This document shows positions 7,716-15,850 of a DNA stretch of 64,000 nt, in pieces (within the stretch, counting starts at the first letter, position 1; each line of letters starts with the position of its first letter). The stretch is from the IMG/VR virus record IMGVR_UViG_3300049742_000009, positions 1,927-65,926 of that record; one strand, written 5' to 3'. The notes beneath the pieces were generated by a model. It was not told the origin of the DNA. It was given only the letters and a program-made list of their open reading frames with translations, and made no database searches. The DNA is from a virus (lineage: Duplodnaviria > Caudoviricetes). The position numbers and the translations under genes were made by a program.

Positions 7716-7821
7716 GGTTGCGCCTTGCCTTGATCTTCACGAGGATGCCGGATACCAGTGCCAGCAGGGCAAGCACACCGTAGATGATGAACGAGAAACC
7801 GGTGTGTGCTAGCATATACAT
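7705..7821 (-). CDS. 38 aa peptide consisting of a LAXTG sortase-type sorting signal (not in ORF track)
   Basis: MYMLAHTGFSFIIYGVLALLALVSGILVKIKARRNRDS: LAHTG, about 20 hydrophobic residues, basic tail; overlaps the GT2 start. Confidence 0.7.
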   Translation of the reverse strand: MYMLAHTGFSFIIYGVLALLALVSGILVKIKARRNRDS

Positions 7822-7822
7822 T

Positions 7823-8245
7823 TTATAGGAGACTTTCTCTTAGATCGCGTGAGGCTTCATTGTGCCAACGTTCGATGCAATCAAGGCACTTGTTTTGTGA
7901 CATGTGAGTTACCTTGGCCTTGCATCCGTAGCACGCATGGGTGTCGTGCTGGCACTCTAGACAGTACAGGTAACGGCGCGCGTCTGCATCGGACTTGAGG
8001 CGGCCGAGGTCGTTCTTGAGTAGGATCATGGGCTGGTCGTGGCTAGGGCCACCTGACCGATCTCGGGCCATTCTCCCCTGGACTCGGACGATTTGTGCGG
8101 CAGGCTCTAGGTCGTCAACACTCTCTCCGGGGTTGGCGGTTGGATCGTACATGGGAAGCGTCTTGTAGACCCATGTGTCGTACTCAGCTTCCACGGCCAG
8201 AACGGCGGGGTTGACGTGGTGTGTGCAGCGCGTCCCCTCGCACAT
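7823..8245 (-). CDS. Cys/His-rich hypothetical protein
   Basis: 140 aa; CLECQHDTHACYGC...CLDC. Confidence 0.6.
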   Translation of the reverse strand: MCEGTRCTHHVNPAVLAVEAEYDTWVYKTLPMYDPTANPGESVDDLEPAAQIVRVQGRMARDRSGGPSHDQPMILLKNDLGRLKSDADARRYLYCLECQHDTHACYGCKAKVTHMSQNKCLDCIERWHNEASRDLRESLL

Positions 8246-8530
8246 CTACTCCCCCTCATCTTCCAAGTGCCATAGAGTGCTGAACACTTCACTCAGCTTG
8301 TCGGCATCGGCCCACTCGTCCCTGCCGCTGTAGTCGTACGGCAGGATCTTGCGGAGCTTGGCTATGAGTCCCCTGTCTAGGGTCCTGATACCAAGCGTGC
8401 AGTTGTGGGAACCCGACCAGCCGCAGGCGCAGTTGACTTGAACGTGTGTGAGTGCCACTAGAGTTTCCTTATGATCAGGTAGGACACTATGATGATGGCT
8501 ACCGCCAAGATGAAATCCTCTGCGAACCAC
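8246..8530 (-). CDS. hypothetical zinc-finger protein
   Basis: 94 aa; H...VNCACGWSGSHNC. Confidence 0.55.
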   Translation of the reverse strand: MVRRGFHLGGSHHHSVLPDHKETLVALTHVQVNCACGWSGSHNCTLGIRTLDRGLIAKLRKILPYDYSGRDEWADADKLSEVFSTLWHLEDEGE

Positions 8531-8752
8531 TTAGCCATCTTCACACTCACACATTGCGGGGAACACCTTGTTACCGGGGCACTGGCAGTCGGGTGGGCAT
8601 GCACCGCACCCGCAGTGGCAACCGATGGGATCTTCGTTACCTACAAGGTAGGCAGCTTCAAGGACGCGCGCGTATCGCCTGTCACAGTAGGCGCATTCGC
8701 CTTCCTTCTGGTGGGCGACCGTCAGGCGCCGCAGGTCAGTGGCGGCGCTCAT
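8531..8752 (-). CDS. metallothionein-like Cys-rich protein
   Basis: CAYC...GCHCGCGACPPDCQCPG...CECEDG; 10 Cys in 73 aa. Confidence 0.55.
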   Translation of the reverse strand: MSAATDLRRLTVAHQKEGECAYCDRRYARVLEAAYLVGNEDPIGCHCGCGACPPDCQCPGNKVFPAMCECEDG

Positions 8753-8954
8753 CCCTGCCCCCCTGGACGTAGCCGCGACCGTAACTCGCCTTGCCGTAGC
8801 CGTCGATGAGATCCAGCATCTTCGCGTACTGGATCTTGCCGATTACAGGAAGGACGTTCTCCTGTATGAACTCGTCAAGCTGGATCTCCAGTCCACTGCG
8901 GTCGGACTCTTCTACGATGCCCTCAGGCTTAGCCAAGTTACGGCCGCGACCCAT
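8736..8954 (-). CDS. hypothetical protein
   Basis: 72 aa; YGKASYGRGYVQG tail typical of small phage proteins. Confidence 0.6.
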   Translation of the reverse strand: MGRGRNLAKPEGIVEESDRSGLEIQLDEFIQENVLPVIGKIQYAKMLDLIDGYGKASYGRGYVQGGRDERRH

Positions 8955-8957
8955 GTT

Positions 8958-9116
8958 TTACTCCTCGCGATAGTTGAACTGGCAGCAGGGGGCCGCCATT
9001 ACGATATGGAGCGCCTGGTGTTCGGTAAACCCTTCGGCCACGAGTGAGGCGTACAGCTCGTGCATGAGCGCTGCCTGTTCCTGTAGCGTCTGCGCTTCCG
9101 GTGGTTCCCAAGTCAT
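8958..9116 (-). CDS. hypothetical protein (52 aa, not in ORF track)
   Basis: MTWEPPEAQTLQEQAALMHELYASLVAEGFTEHQALHIVMAAPCCQFNYREE. Confidence 0.65.
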   Translation of the reverse strand: MTWEPPEAQTLQEQAALMHELYASLVAEGFTEHQALHIVMAAPCCQFNYREE

Positions 9117-9164
9117 CTTAGCGTCTTCCTTGTCGGGTTTGTAGGGTTTGGGGTGTGGCGTGCG

Positions 9165-10031
9165 TCACTTAGCCCCGGCTACCTCGGCCCCGCAGGCTGC
9201 GTAACCAGCAACGTCAATCCAACTGTCTCGCTTGCCGGATGACCACATGAGCCGAGACAGCTTGAGAACGATCATGATGACAGCCACGTCGTGGTCGTCC
9301 AGGACTTCGCAGCCCGAGCCGTCGCGTCCTTCCTTGCCGAAGCCCAGCGAAGTAAGCGCCTGGGCGGCCCTGTTGAAATCCTTGCCAGGCGGGCCGTACT
9401 GGTTGTTGCGGTCGCCGCAGATCAACCGCTTGGCTTCGTCCAGAGTGGCCGCGCGCACGGAATCGGGCGGGAACGACTCGGCAGGCTTGATGGTCCCCGC
9501 GTCAGCGAACCCCTCGGCTATGCGCGTCTCTTGGAGTGTGTCGATGGGATCGTCGTTAAACACCTTGCGCCGCTTGAGGCGTTCCATGGCTTCGCGCAGG
9601 GCGGCTTCGCGCAGGGCGTCGGTGGTGGATACCTCCGGGTGCGCTTCGTTCTTGCCAGGGATGAGGCGGCAGTCGGTTTCCCAGTGTGGATCAAACACAC
9701 AGTTCAACTCGTACACAGGAAGGCCAAGTTCATGCGCTAGTGCAACCTCAAGGCAGGCCCCCGCCGAGTCGTACCAACCGTCCAGGACTGAGACCAGGCA
9801 GTCTGTACCGCTGGAGTACATGTACTTCGCAAGGCCCTGGATCTGATCCACGCTCTTGTCAATGTACGTCCAGCGGGGGCGAGTTGTATCCCCGTCGAAG
9901 TTCTCGGCAGGGTTTATGACTGAGTGCCTGGCGTCACGCAGCAGCTCAGCGGCGCTGTTGAACGCCTCGTAATTGTAGTTCGGATAGCCGGTCATCGGAC
10001 CGGCAAGATAGATACGCCTAGTCACTCTCAC
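9165..10031 (-). CDS. DUF4406 (nucleoside deoxyribosyltransferase-like) fused to DUF6378-like domain
   Basis: N-term IYLAGPMTG..NYNYEAF...VINPAEN...GW..S.GA.LE...A..LG; C-term LDEAKRLI.GDR..QYG...F...LKLSR...DSW.D.AGYAACG. Confidence 0.8.
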   Translation of the reverse strand: MRVTRRIYLAGPMTGYPNYNYEAFNSAAELLRDARHSVINPAENFDGDTTRPRWTYIDKSVDQIQGLAKYMYSSGTDCLVSVLDGWYDSAGACLEVALAHELGLPVYELNCVFDPHWETDCRLIPGKNEAHPEVSTTDALREAALREAMERLKRRKVFNDDPIDTLQETRIAEGFADAGTIKPAESFPPDSVRAATLDEAKRLICGDRNNQYGPPGKDFNRAAQALTSLGFGKEGRDGSGCEVLDDHDVAVIMIVLKLSRLMWSSGKRDSWIDVAGYAACGAEVAGAK

Positions 10032-10191
10032 ACCTTTCGTGCTCTGCGTCGGTCATGAGGTCACACTCCCATGCCTTGGTCACGATCCCATCGTCCCAAT
10101 CGACGGTCACGGTTTGCATGTCCCGCGTCTGCGCGCTGACAACGCCATGATTGTCGTCGTACCACACGCTATCGCCTACTTGGAACCTCAC
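10018..10191 (-). CDS. SH3/KOW-like small beta protein (57 aa, not in ORF track)
   Basis: MRFQVGDSVWYDDNHGVVSAQTRDMQTVTVDWDDGIVTKAWECDL... Confidence 0.6.
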   Translation of the reverse strand: MRFQVGDSVWYDDNHGVVSAQTRDMQTVTVDWDDGIVTKAWECDLMTDAEHERCESD

Positions 10192-10364
10192 GTCAACTCC
10201 GTACGCTTACATGTGCAGTTGCAGTCCCATGACACGAAATCCTTGTGTCCATCGCCATCATCCGCCCACCAGCCGGTATTGCAGCATGGCTCCCAGCATT
10301 CGCAATAGCCTTCATCGTTATCGCGGCAGGTACGGGAGAGCCAGCCAGTGCAGCGACACTTCAC
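10188..10364 (-). CDS. Cys-rich small protein (58 aa, not in ORF track)
   Basis: MKCRCTGWLSRTCRDNDEGYCECWEPCCNTGWWADDGDGHKDFVSWDCNCTCKRTELT; GTGA overlaps at both ends. Confidence 0.6.
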   Translation of the reverse strand: MKCRCTGWLSRTCRDNDEGYCECWEPCCNTGWWADDGDGHKDFVSWDCNCTCKRTELT

Positions 10365-11416
10365 GCCAACTCAACCCCATATGAGGCAGTAACACGGCCC
10401 GCCGCAGGATCGACAAACAGCAGCCATTGAGTTGGCCTCGACTGCGCCGCAAGAGTCTCGGCAGCAAATGTGTTTGTGGATTCCGTCGAACCGTTCGCCC
10501 ACGCGGAGCGATGGTTCAACGGCACACGCGCCAGGGAGTGATAGTGGCCCATCATCACGTCCTGAAAGTCGCTGTCTTGACCAAGGCCACCGGAGCCCCA
10601 TGAATGCACCTTCTTGCCGAGTCCGTACCAGGGAAAGCCCATTGACCCTCGGATCTGATCGCCATGGATCAGAAGTGCCTTGTACTCGCCGATAGTTGCT
10701 ATCTTGTACCAGGCGCGTTCCCCCACCGGGTCAGCCATGTTGAACTGGAGCCTCGGCTCATCCCTGAGCATGAGTTGGATGACTCGGTAGACCATGCGGT
10801 CCGAATTGTCTTCCGGTCCAAACATGCCCTTGCGGCCGATGCGTCCGTGATTACCCTGGACAGCTTCGACAGTGACGGTTTCGAAGTTGGCGAGCAGATA
10901 GCGAAGAAAGTCCACGACGATCCCGGGTGTTGACTCGAACACCTGCCGGTAAAGCGTAGAATCGATGAGCCACTGTTGTCCTGGGAAGATATCCACGCCT
11001 TCCACCATGTCCCCGAGCATTGGTACGACACAGTGACGAACAGGGTGGTCGGCTCGTTGCACATTGGCAATCCGTACGATCTTCTCGGCGTAGCGCATGA
11101 CGCGCGTGCGGCAAACGTCCGTGTTGTAGTCGGGAGTTATCTTGCCTGTCTGTAGGTCAGACAGAAGAGGGACGCACACCTCTTCCGGGCCGTCCCCCTT
11201 TGGCTTGAGTAGTCTGGGCGATTTCACAGGATGGATAGCTACACCGGCCAGAGCGTCCTGGACGGCCTCCCATACCGTTGACAGGTAGTCGGCCCGCTTG
11301 TGCTTCACCTCGTACAACTGGCGCTGCAAGTTGTCCCGTTGGGTCTTGAGCCTGCTGATCTCTGCCTGCATCTCGGCTTCGTTGTGCAGGTCCGCGAAGT
11401 CTCCGCCGTCATTCAT
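10361..11416 (-). CDS. calcineurin-like metallophosphoesterase with N-terminal coiled coil
   Basis: LSDLQTG, LGDMVEG, GNHG, IHGD, GHYH motifs; start moved to ATG 11416. Confidence 0.85.
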   Translation of the reverse strand: MNDGGDFADLHNEAEMQAEISRLKTQRDNLQRQLYEVKHKRADYLSTVWEAVQDALAGVAIHPVKSPRLLKPKGDGPEEVCVPLLSDLQTGKITPDYNTDVCRTRVMRYAEKIVRIANVQRADHPVRHCVVPMLGDMVEGVDIFPGQQWLIDSTLYRQVFESTPGIVVDFLRYLLANFETVTVEAVQGNHGRIGRKGMFGPEDNSDRMVYRVIQLMLRDEPRLQFNMADPVGERAWYKIATIGEYKALLIHGDQIRGSMGFPWYGLGKKVHSWGSGGLGQDSDFQDVMMGHYHSLARVPLNHRSAWANGSTESTNTFAAETLAAQSRPTQWLLFVDPAAGRVTASYGVELA

Positions 11417-11687
11417 CGTTCCGCTCCTCACAGCTACACGCGCCCTTGCGGTGCCTGCCCAGCGAATATGCGGATGGCAGGTAGTCAGGCTCCACGCGTG
11501 ACTTAAGAGCCTTATGGATGGAGGCGGTTGTAAGCCTGACGTTCCTAAAGGTGCGCACGATGCTAAGCACGGCTGCCTCGCCGTGCTCTTCGCGTACCAG
11601 TTCAAGCATTACGCCAACTCCGCATCGTGGGCCGCGACTTACAGATGCGGCCCTAGCGTCGTCCTCCAGATCGTCCCAGTCATTCAC
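11409..11687 (-). CDS. small HTH-like/zinc protein upstream of the metallophosphoesterase
   Basis: GPRCGV...SAYSLGRHRKGACSC; start moved to GTG 11687. Confidence 0.65.
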   Translation of the reverse strand: MNDWDDLEDDARAASVSRGPRCGVGVMLELVREEHGEAAVLSIVRTFRNVRLTTASIHKALKSRVEPDYLPSAYSLGRHRKGACSCEERNDE

Positions 11688-11836
11688 AGCAGTACCTTTC
11701 CACAGCGTGGGCAGTAGGAGTAGGTTACGGTAGACACCGGACTTACCTCCCACTCCTCGGCCCACCCGACATTAAGCACGAGTTGAACAAACCTCTTGGA
11801 CCAACTGTGCTTACCGCCATCGGACTTACAGCTCAT
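11684..11836 (-). CDS. small zinc-ribbon protein (50 aa, not in ORF track)
   Basis: MSCKSDGGKHSWSKRF...YSYCPRCGKVLL. Confidence 0.6.
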   Translation of the reverse strand: MSCKSDGGKHSWSKRFVQLVLNVGWAEEWEVSPVSTVTYSYCPRCGKVLL

Positions 11837-11839
11837 TGC

Positions 11840-12085
11840 CTAGCCTTTGGTGATGTTGACGACGTTGCGCTGGCAGTGATGGCAATACCTAGGGCTTGCC
11901 CCTTCGCCCTTCTTAGGTGCGTACATGAGGGGCCATAGCTCGAACGAGTGCCCACCATGCTCCGTAGTGCAGAACTTGGCTGCGCAGTAGATACACTCAT
12001 AGTCTTCGTAGAAGTGGCCGAGCGCTTCACATGGAGCGTCCACGGGCTCAGGCTCCCTTCCTAGTGGAATGAAGATATTCCACAT
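11840..12085 (-). CDS. Cys/His-rich hypothetical protein
   Basis: 81 aa, two C-x4-H...CxxC units; RBS AGGAG upstream. Confidence 0.65.
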   Translation of the reverse strand: MWNIFIPLGREPEPVDAPCEALGHFYEDYECIYCAAKFCTTEHGGHSFELWPLMYAPKKGEGASPRYCHHCQRNVVNITKG

Positions 12086-12237
12086 GATCTCTCCTAAGTA
12101 CGGGGTACCACTCCCGCTCCCGAACTACGTCCGCAATGCTGACTGTTACCCGACCCGCTTTCTTCACGGCTGCTACGTACGCGCATGGTGGGTACGCTGT
12201 CGTCCGCTTAGGCTAAGTCGTTCGGCCCAACTCATGA

Positions 12238-12279
12238 CGAACGGGTGACCGTGCTGTCAGGTCAACGGCCACCCGTTCG
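12238..12279 (-). terminator. stem-loop, putative terminator or processing site
   Basis: CGAACGGGTG...CACCCGTTCG inverted repeat immediately after the 12284 stop. Confidence 0.55.
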
Positions 12280-12283
12280 CGTC

Positions 12284-12634
12284 TTACTGGTCCGCCCCGT
12301 CGCCCTCGGCGTCGTTGGTGCGGTTGAGAAGAGCGGTGAGCCGCGCCAGAGCCTCGGCCTCGGCCGCCTCGTTCGCCTCAAGGGCGTCGATCTGCGGACG
12401 GTACCGGGCAGCCGCCTTACGCGACTTCTCGGCAGCCTTGTGCGCCTTCTCGTAGTCACGAGTCGCCTTGACCAGCGGGGAGCCGGGACGGCTCTTCTTT
12501 ACGGGGGCCTCGGTCGTCTCTTCCTGCACGTCAGTCACGGGGACTCCATCCCAGTCGTCATCGTCATCGAACGGTTCTGCGTTGATCTCTACAAGGTCTT
12601 CCGCCGGGGGCGGTGTTGCCTTCTTACGAGGCAC
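12284..12634 (-). CDS. hypothetical protein (acidic N-terminus, helical C-terminus)
   Basis: 116 aa; GGAAGGAAG RBS. Confidence 0.65.
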   Translation of the reverse strand: MPRKKATPPPAEDLVEINAEPFDDDDDWDGVPVTDVQEETTEAPVKKSRPGSPLVKATRDYEKAHKAAEKSRKAAARYRPQIDALEANEAAEAEALARLTALLNRTNDAEGDGADQ

Positions 12635-12854
12635 TAGCTTCCTTCCTTATTCCTTTGGGGCAAACTCCGTTGGGGTGATGCCCATGGCAAGCGTCCGTAG
12701 CGCGATGCTTGGGCAACAGGCCAGGGAGTTCTACCACTTTGGCTATCTCACGCAAGTCATAACCTGACTGCCATAGCCAAAGAGCAGCCTGCGCCTTGTT
12801 CATGAGGATATGAGATTGGGTCAAGGGTGAAAGGAAATCCTCGGCCTTAGTCAT
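12624..12854 (-). CDS. hypothetical protein
   Basis: Start moved to ATG 12854 (MTKAEDFL...), AAGGA RBS upstream. Confidence 0.5.
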   Translation of the reverse strand: MTKAEDFLSPLTQSHILMNKAQAALWLWQSGYDLREIAKVVELPGLLPKHRATDACHGHHPNGVCPKGIRKEASAS

Positions 12855-12864
12855 CTTCCGTTCC

Positions 12865-13548
12865 TTACTGGAGAGTTGCGGCGATCTGACGCGCCTGCGC
12901 CTCGTCCATACCCTCTGTGTTGATACCACGTGAGGTCAGGAACTCGCGCAGCCCGTCAGGCCACGGTGCGGGCGGAGGCGGTGCAGCAGCAGCCGGGGGC
13001 GGCCCCCACTGGTTCGCAGGCGGCGCGGCAGGCTGTGCGCCCCCCCACTGCCCGGCGAACTGGCTCTGCGCTGGCGCACTCTGGGCCGGGGGGCCTGCCT
13101 GCCACTGCTGGGCGGGCGGAGGCTGATTGCCCGAGCCGCTGTCGTACTGCGCGCGCGGGAACGCTGCCTCGTACTGCTCAGCGGTCTGTACGTCCTGCGG
13201 CGAGAAATCGGCCAGGAAGTAGGCGCCGGACTTCTGACCCTGCGCCGGGGTCTGGTTCAGCCTGCCCAGAACCTTCTTACCGATCTTCTTTTTGAGCTGC
13301 GGAACGAGGGCAGATCCCCCGATTCGCGCACCCTGTAGGAAGGTTGGCTTACCCTGGTTCTGAGGGTCCGGCAGGTCGATAATGGCAACGTCAGCCGTTA
13401 CCATGTCTGTAGGGTCCAGAGTCCCGTCAGGACGATTGAAGTTCACAGTCTCCACTGACTCCGGGAAGATGAGGAACAGCTTCCCCAGCCACTCGGGATG
13501 ATCGCGCGGCGTGAACTTAGCCCCGTGATCGGGCTGATCGTAGCTCAC
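12865..13548 (-). CDS. probable single-stranded DNA-binding protein
   Basis: Beta-rich N-terminal domain plus Q/P/A-rich tail; sits next to the exonuclease. Confidence 0.55.
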   Translation of the reverse strand: MSYDQPDHGAKFTPRDHPEWLGKLFLIFPESVETVNFNRPDGTLDPTDMVTADVAIIDLPDPQNQGKPTFLQGARIGGSALVPQLKKKIGKKVLGRLNQTPAQGQKSGAYFLADFSPQDVQTAEQYEAAFPRAQYDSGSGNQPPPAQQWQAGPPAQSAPAQSQFAGQWGGAQPAAPPANQWGPPPAAAAPPPPAPWPDGLREFLTSRGINTEGMDEAQARQIAATLQ

Positions 13549-13730
13549 TTACTCCCCTTCGGGTTGATAAGGGCTTCTACTTCGGAAGCCTTGAACCTGC
13601 GGTGTCCGCCGAGCGTCTTGAACGATGACAGCTTACCTGCGTTTGCCCAACGGGTCACGGTCTTAGGGTCAACCTTGAAACGTCGAGCTACCTCGCTTGG
13701 AGTCAACAGGTCGTCTTGTTCATCACTCAA
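13545..13730 (-). CDS. bldC: BldC-like MerR-family DNA-binding protein
   Basis: LLTPSEVARRFKVDPKTVTRWANAGKLSSFKTLGGHRRF closely matches Streptomyces BldC as recalled; TTG start 8 nt after GGAGG. Confidence 0.9.
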   Translation of the reverse strand: MSDEQDDLLTPSEVARRFKVDPKTVTRWANAGKLSSFKTLGGHRRFKASEVEALINPKGSK

Positions 13731-13747
13731 CTCTGACACCTCCCTTC

Positions 13748-15088
13748 TTAGACACGCCCGTTGCAGAACCCGTTGGACAAGTCCTTTGCGTCCGGCATGT
13801 AATAGGGGCAGTAGCGGCAATCATCCGAAAACGCTGCCGCCGCTGCCGTCTCCTGCACTGACTTCCCCTCGGCGATCTGTGAGTCAGCCCACGCCTTAAG
13901 GTCGTCAACTCGCTGTAGAGCATTGCGAGCTATCTGCGGGTCATATGGTTCTGACCACACATACAGATCATCTAGATTGGATTTGTCGCGCGGCCAACTG
14001 ATCAAGGCCACACGTTCGATGCGTTCGCCCTTTTGGCGTGCACCCATACCATATACGTGGAGTTGGGTACGATACAAGTCCCCTGGGCCAGATGTCCGAA
14101 GTTTGTCGGCGGCCCACTGGCCCTGCACCTTGTGATCATCGATCATGAACAGCGTACGGTCGATGAGGTCGGCGGTGCCCCGAGGCACGAGACCGGACGG
14201 GAACTGTAGCCGCTGCTCCACGGCAAACCGTCCCTGGCCCGCGTCGGCCCACTTGAACATCTCCTCAAGGCCCTTGTGGACCTGCGTGCCCACCCATGCC
14301 GCCCAGCCGTCGCCGCCAGGGTTGACGCGCGGTGCGCCCAGAAGGTGCATGACGAGACGCCGATCACACGGGGTGCCAACCTGACTCGGCCCCAGGTGCG
14401 TCTGCTGAGAACGCCTCGACCTGTTGGTGTATTGGTAGAAGATCTCTTTCAGCATAACCGCGATGCCGTTTTCGAACTCATCCATGGGACGCGCGGCCTT
14501 GACTGCACGGTTCAGCTTCGCAGGCTGGTCATAGCCTGGCGGTGCCTCGCTAGGCATAGGGTCGGGCTGTTCATAACTCACCAAAGCGTGCCTTGCCTCG
14601 CATCCTTGGCACTGTTCGTTGTTCGGTTCGCAGGTGAAGTCGCAGGCTTGGAATCCCGTTCCGATGCGAAAATAGGGCCTACCCTCACCCTCGACCACCT
14701 TCCCCTTGTATGCTTCCAGCTGACGCTTAGCTAGGTCAGTTGCATACTCGTCAGAGCCCGGAATAGCCTCGGTAGTCGTCTGGCTTGAATCCGAGGTGAT
14801 CGGGGTTGTGTCCGTCGTCGGGGTGGTGCCCGAGTCCGAGCTTGTCGTAGAGGTCGCAGATCTTACAGGGGCCGTCGCATCGTTCAAGCTCGGGTTCGTC
14901 TCGGGGGATGCTTCCTTCTGACATGGGGGCGCCTCCGGCGGTAGTGGCTTCTGTAGTTCCGCCGGAATGAAACAGCCAGACATCTCGCACGGCTCATCCC
15001 TAGGGCCGTGCTGCCTGAACTTACCGGCTACGGTGAGCTTTTGGGTCTTGCCGCACGAAGGGCACTTGACCTCATTCGCAAGGGTCAT
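13748..15088 (-). CDS. PD-(D/E)xK (RecB/Cas4-like) exonuclease with N-terminal zinc finger
   Basis: LGPSQVGTPCDR...GTQVH...GTADLID...DDHKV...QLHVYG...C-terminal CRYCPY...C. Confidence 0.85.
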   Translation of the reverse strand: MTLANEVKCPSCGKTQKLTVAGKFRQHGPRDEPCEMSGCFIPAELQKPLPPEAPPCQKEASPETNPSLNDATAPVRSATSTTSSDSGTTPTTDTTPITSDSSQTTTEAIPGSDEYATDLAKRQLEAYKGKVVEGEGRPYFRIGTGFQACDFTCEPNNEQCQGCEARHALVSYEQPDPMPSEAPPGYDQPAKLNRAVKAARPMDEFENGIAVMLKEIFYQYTNRSRRSQQTHLGPSQVGTPCDRRLVMHLLGAPRVNPGGDGWAAWVGTQVHKGLEEMFKWADAGQGRFAVEQRLQFPSGLVPRGTADLIDRTLFMIDDHKVQGQWAADKLRTSGPGDLYRTQLHVYGMGARQKGERIERVALISWPRDKSNLDDLYVWSEPYDPQIARNALQRVDDLKAWADSQIAEGKSVQETAAAAAFSDDCRYCPYYMPDAKDLSNGFCNGRV

Positions 15089-15230
15089 GCGCCCCGTCCC
15101 CACTGACGCGCTGTAGCTTGTAACCGCGCTTGCGGAACTCCGCCGCCTTCTCGTCGGTGAGCGGAGCGGCGCCCAGGAACTTCATCCAGTTCCGGGAGTA
15201 GACCCAATACCTTCGCTTAGTCTCACTCAT
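15072..15230 (-). CDS. hypothetical protein (52 aa, not in ORF track)
   Basis: MSETKRRYWVYSRNWMKFLGAAPLTDEKAAEFRKRGYKLQRV... Confidence 0.55.
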   Translation of the reverse strand: MSETKRRYWVYSRNWMKFLGAAPLTDEKAAEFRKRGYKLQRVSGDGAHDPCE

Positions 15231-15669
15231 CGTAGGGTCGTCCTTCCTTGTATCGCTTGTAAGGTGGATCGCCTAGGTACGCTATGCCGCGTCGGAAGAA
15301 CGCTATAGCGTCTCGTGCGTGGCCGAGAAGCGTGTTACAAGGGCGACACAAGAGGCCGCGTACCTCGCCCGTCGCATGGTCATGGTCCACAGAGAGGCGG
15401 CGGGTTGCCCCGGTTGCCCTACGGCAGATAGCGCATGTTCCGCCCTGGAATTCGTAGAGCTGGGCATACTCACCCTCGCCGAGTCCATAGGTTCGCTGCA
15501 CTGCACGTTCATGGTTCGCTTCACGCCTGCGTTTCTTCTCTATGCGCCAATGCGTGGCGCACCGGCCGCCTGACTTCTCAACGATCGGGCGCCACACCTT
15601 CGGGGGTCCAAGGTGCGGAAGGTCCTCAAGGGCTTTCACGCAATCCTTGCACCGCTTCTCATCCGTCAA
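15223..15669 (-). CDS. recombination endonuclease VII (Holliday junction resolvase)
   Basis: YGL...EY..L...QGGTCAIC...LSVDHDHATGEVRGLLCRPCN..LG. Confidence 0.9.
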   Translation of the reverse strand: MTDEKRCKDCVKALEDLPHLGPPKVWRPIVEKSGGRCATHWRIEKKRRREANHERAVQRTYGLGEGEYAQLYEFQGGTCAICRRATGATRRLSVDHDHATGEVRGLLCRPCNTLLGHARDAIAFFRRGIAYLGDPPYKRYKEGRPYDE

Positions 15670-15850
15670 CTCCCCACCGCCCCCTAGCGATGTAAGCCTC
15701 TACCCGTTCGGTGAACTGCTGGAACGCAGGGGACGGTATGACCCTGTAGCCAGAGTCGGTATCAACGGTGTTCCAGGCTTCTCGCCCGAGCGCCTGTGCG
15801 GCTGCCTGGACGGCAGCGGCGCGGACCTCTTCATTCTCGTACAGACTCAT
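15659..15850 (-). CDS. hypothetical protein
   Basis: MSLYENEEVRAAAVQAAA...; ATGA overlap. Confidence 0.6.
   Translation of the reverse strand: MSLYENEEVRAAAVQAAAQALGREAWNTVDTDSGYRVIPSPAFQQFTERVEAYIARGRWGVDG

Noticed and set aside
10361-11605. 414 aa version of the metallophosphoesterase (and similar 5' extensions at 373, 3232, 4342, 11765, 13820, 19027)
   Set aside because: The extensions overlap real upstream genes; later starts give normal overlaps or RBSs.
12086-12235. Possible small ORF in the gap after the hairpin
   Set aside because: No frame has both a credible start and protein-like content; left uncalled.
13748-15088. Cas4 as evidence of a CRISPR system
   Set aside because: It is a stand-alone phage PD-(D/E)xK exonuclease beside the SSB and resolvase; no array or other cas genes.
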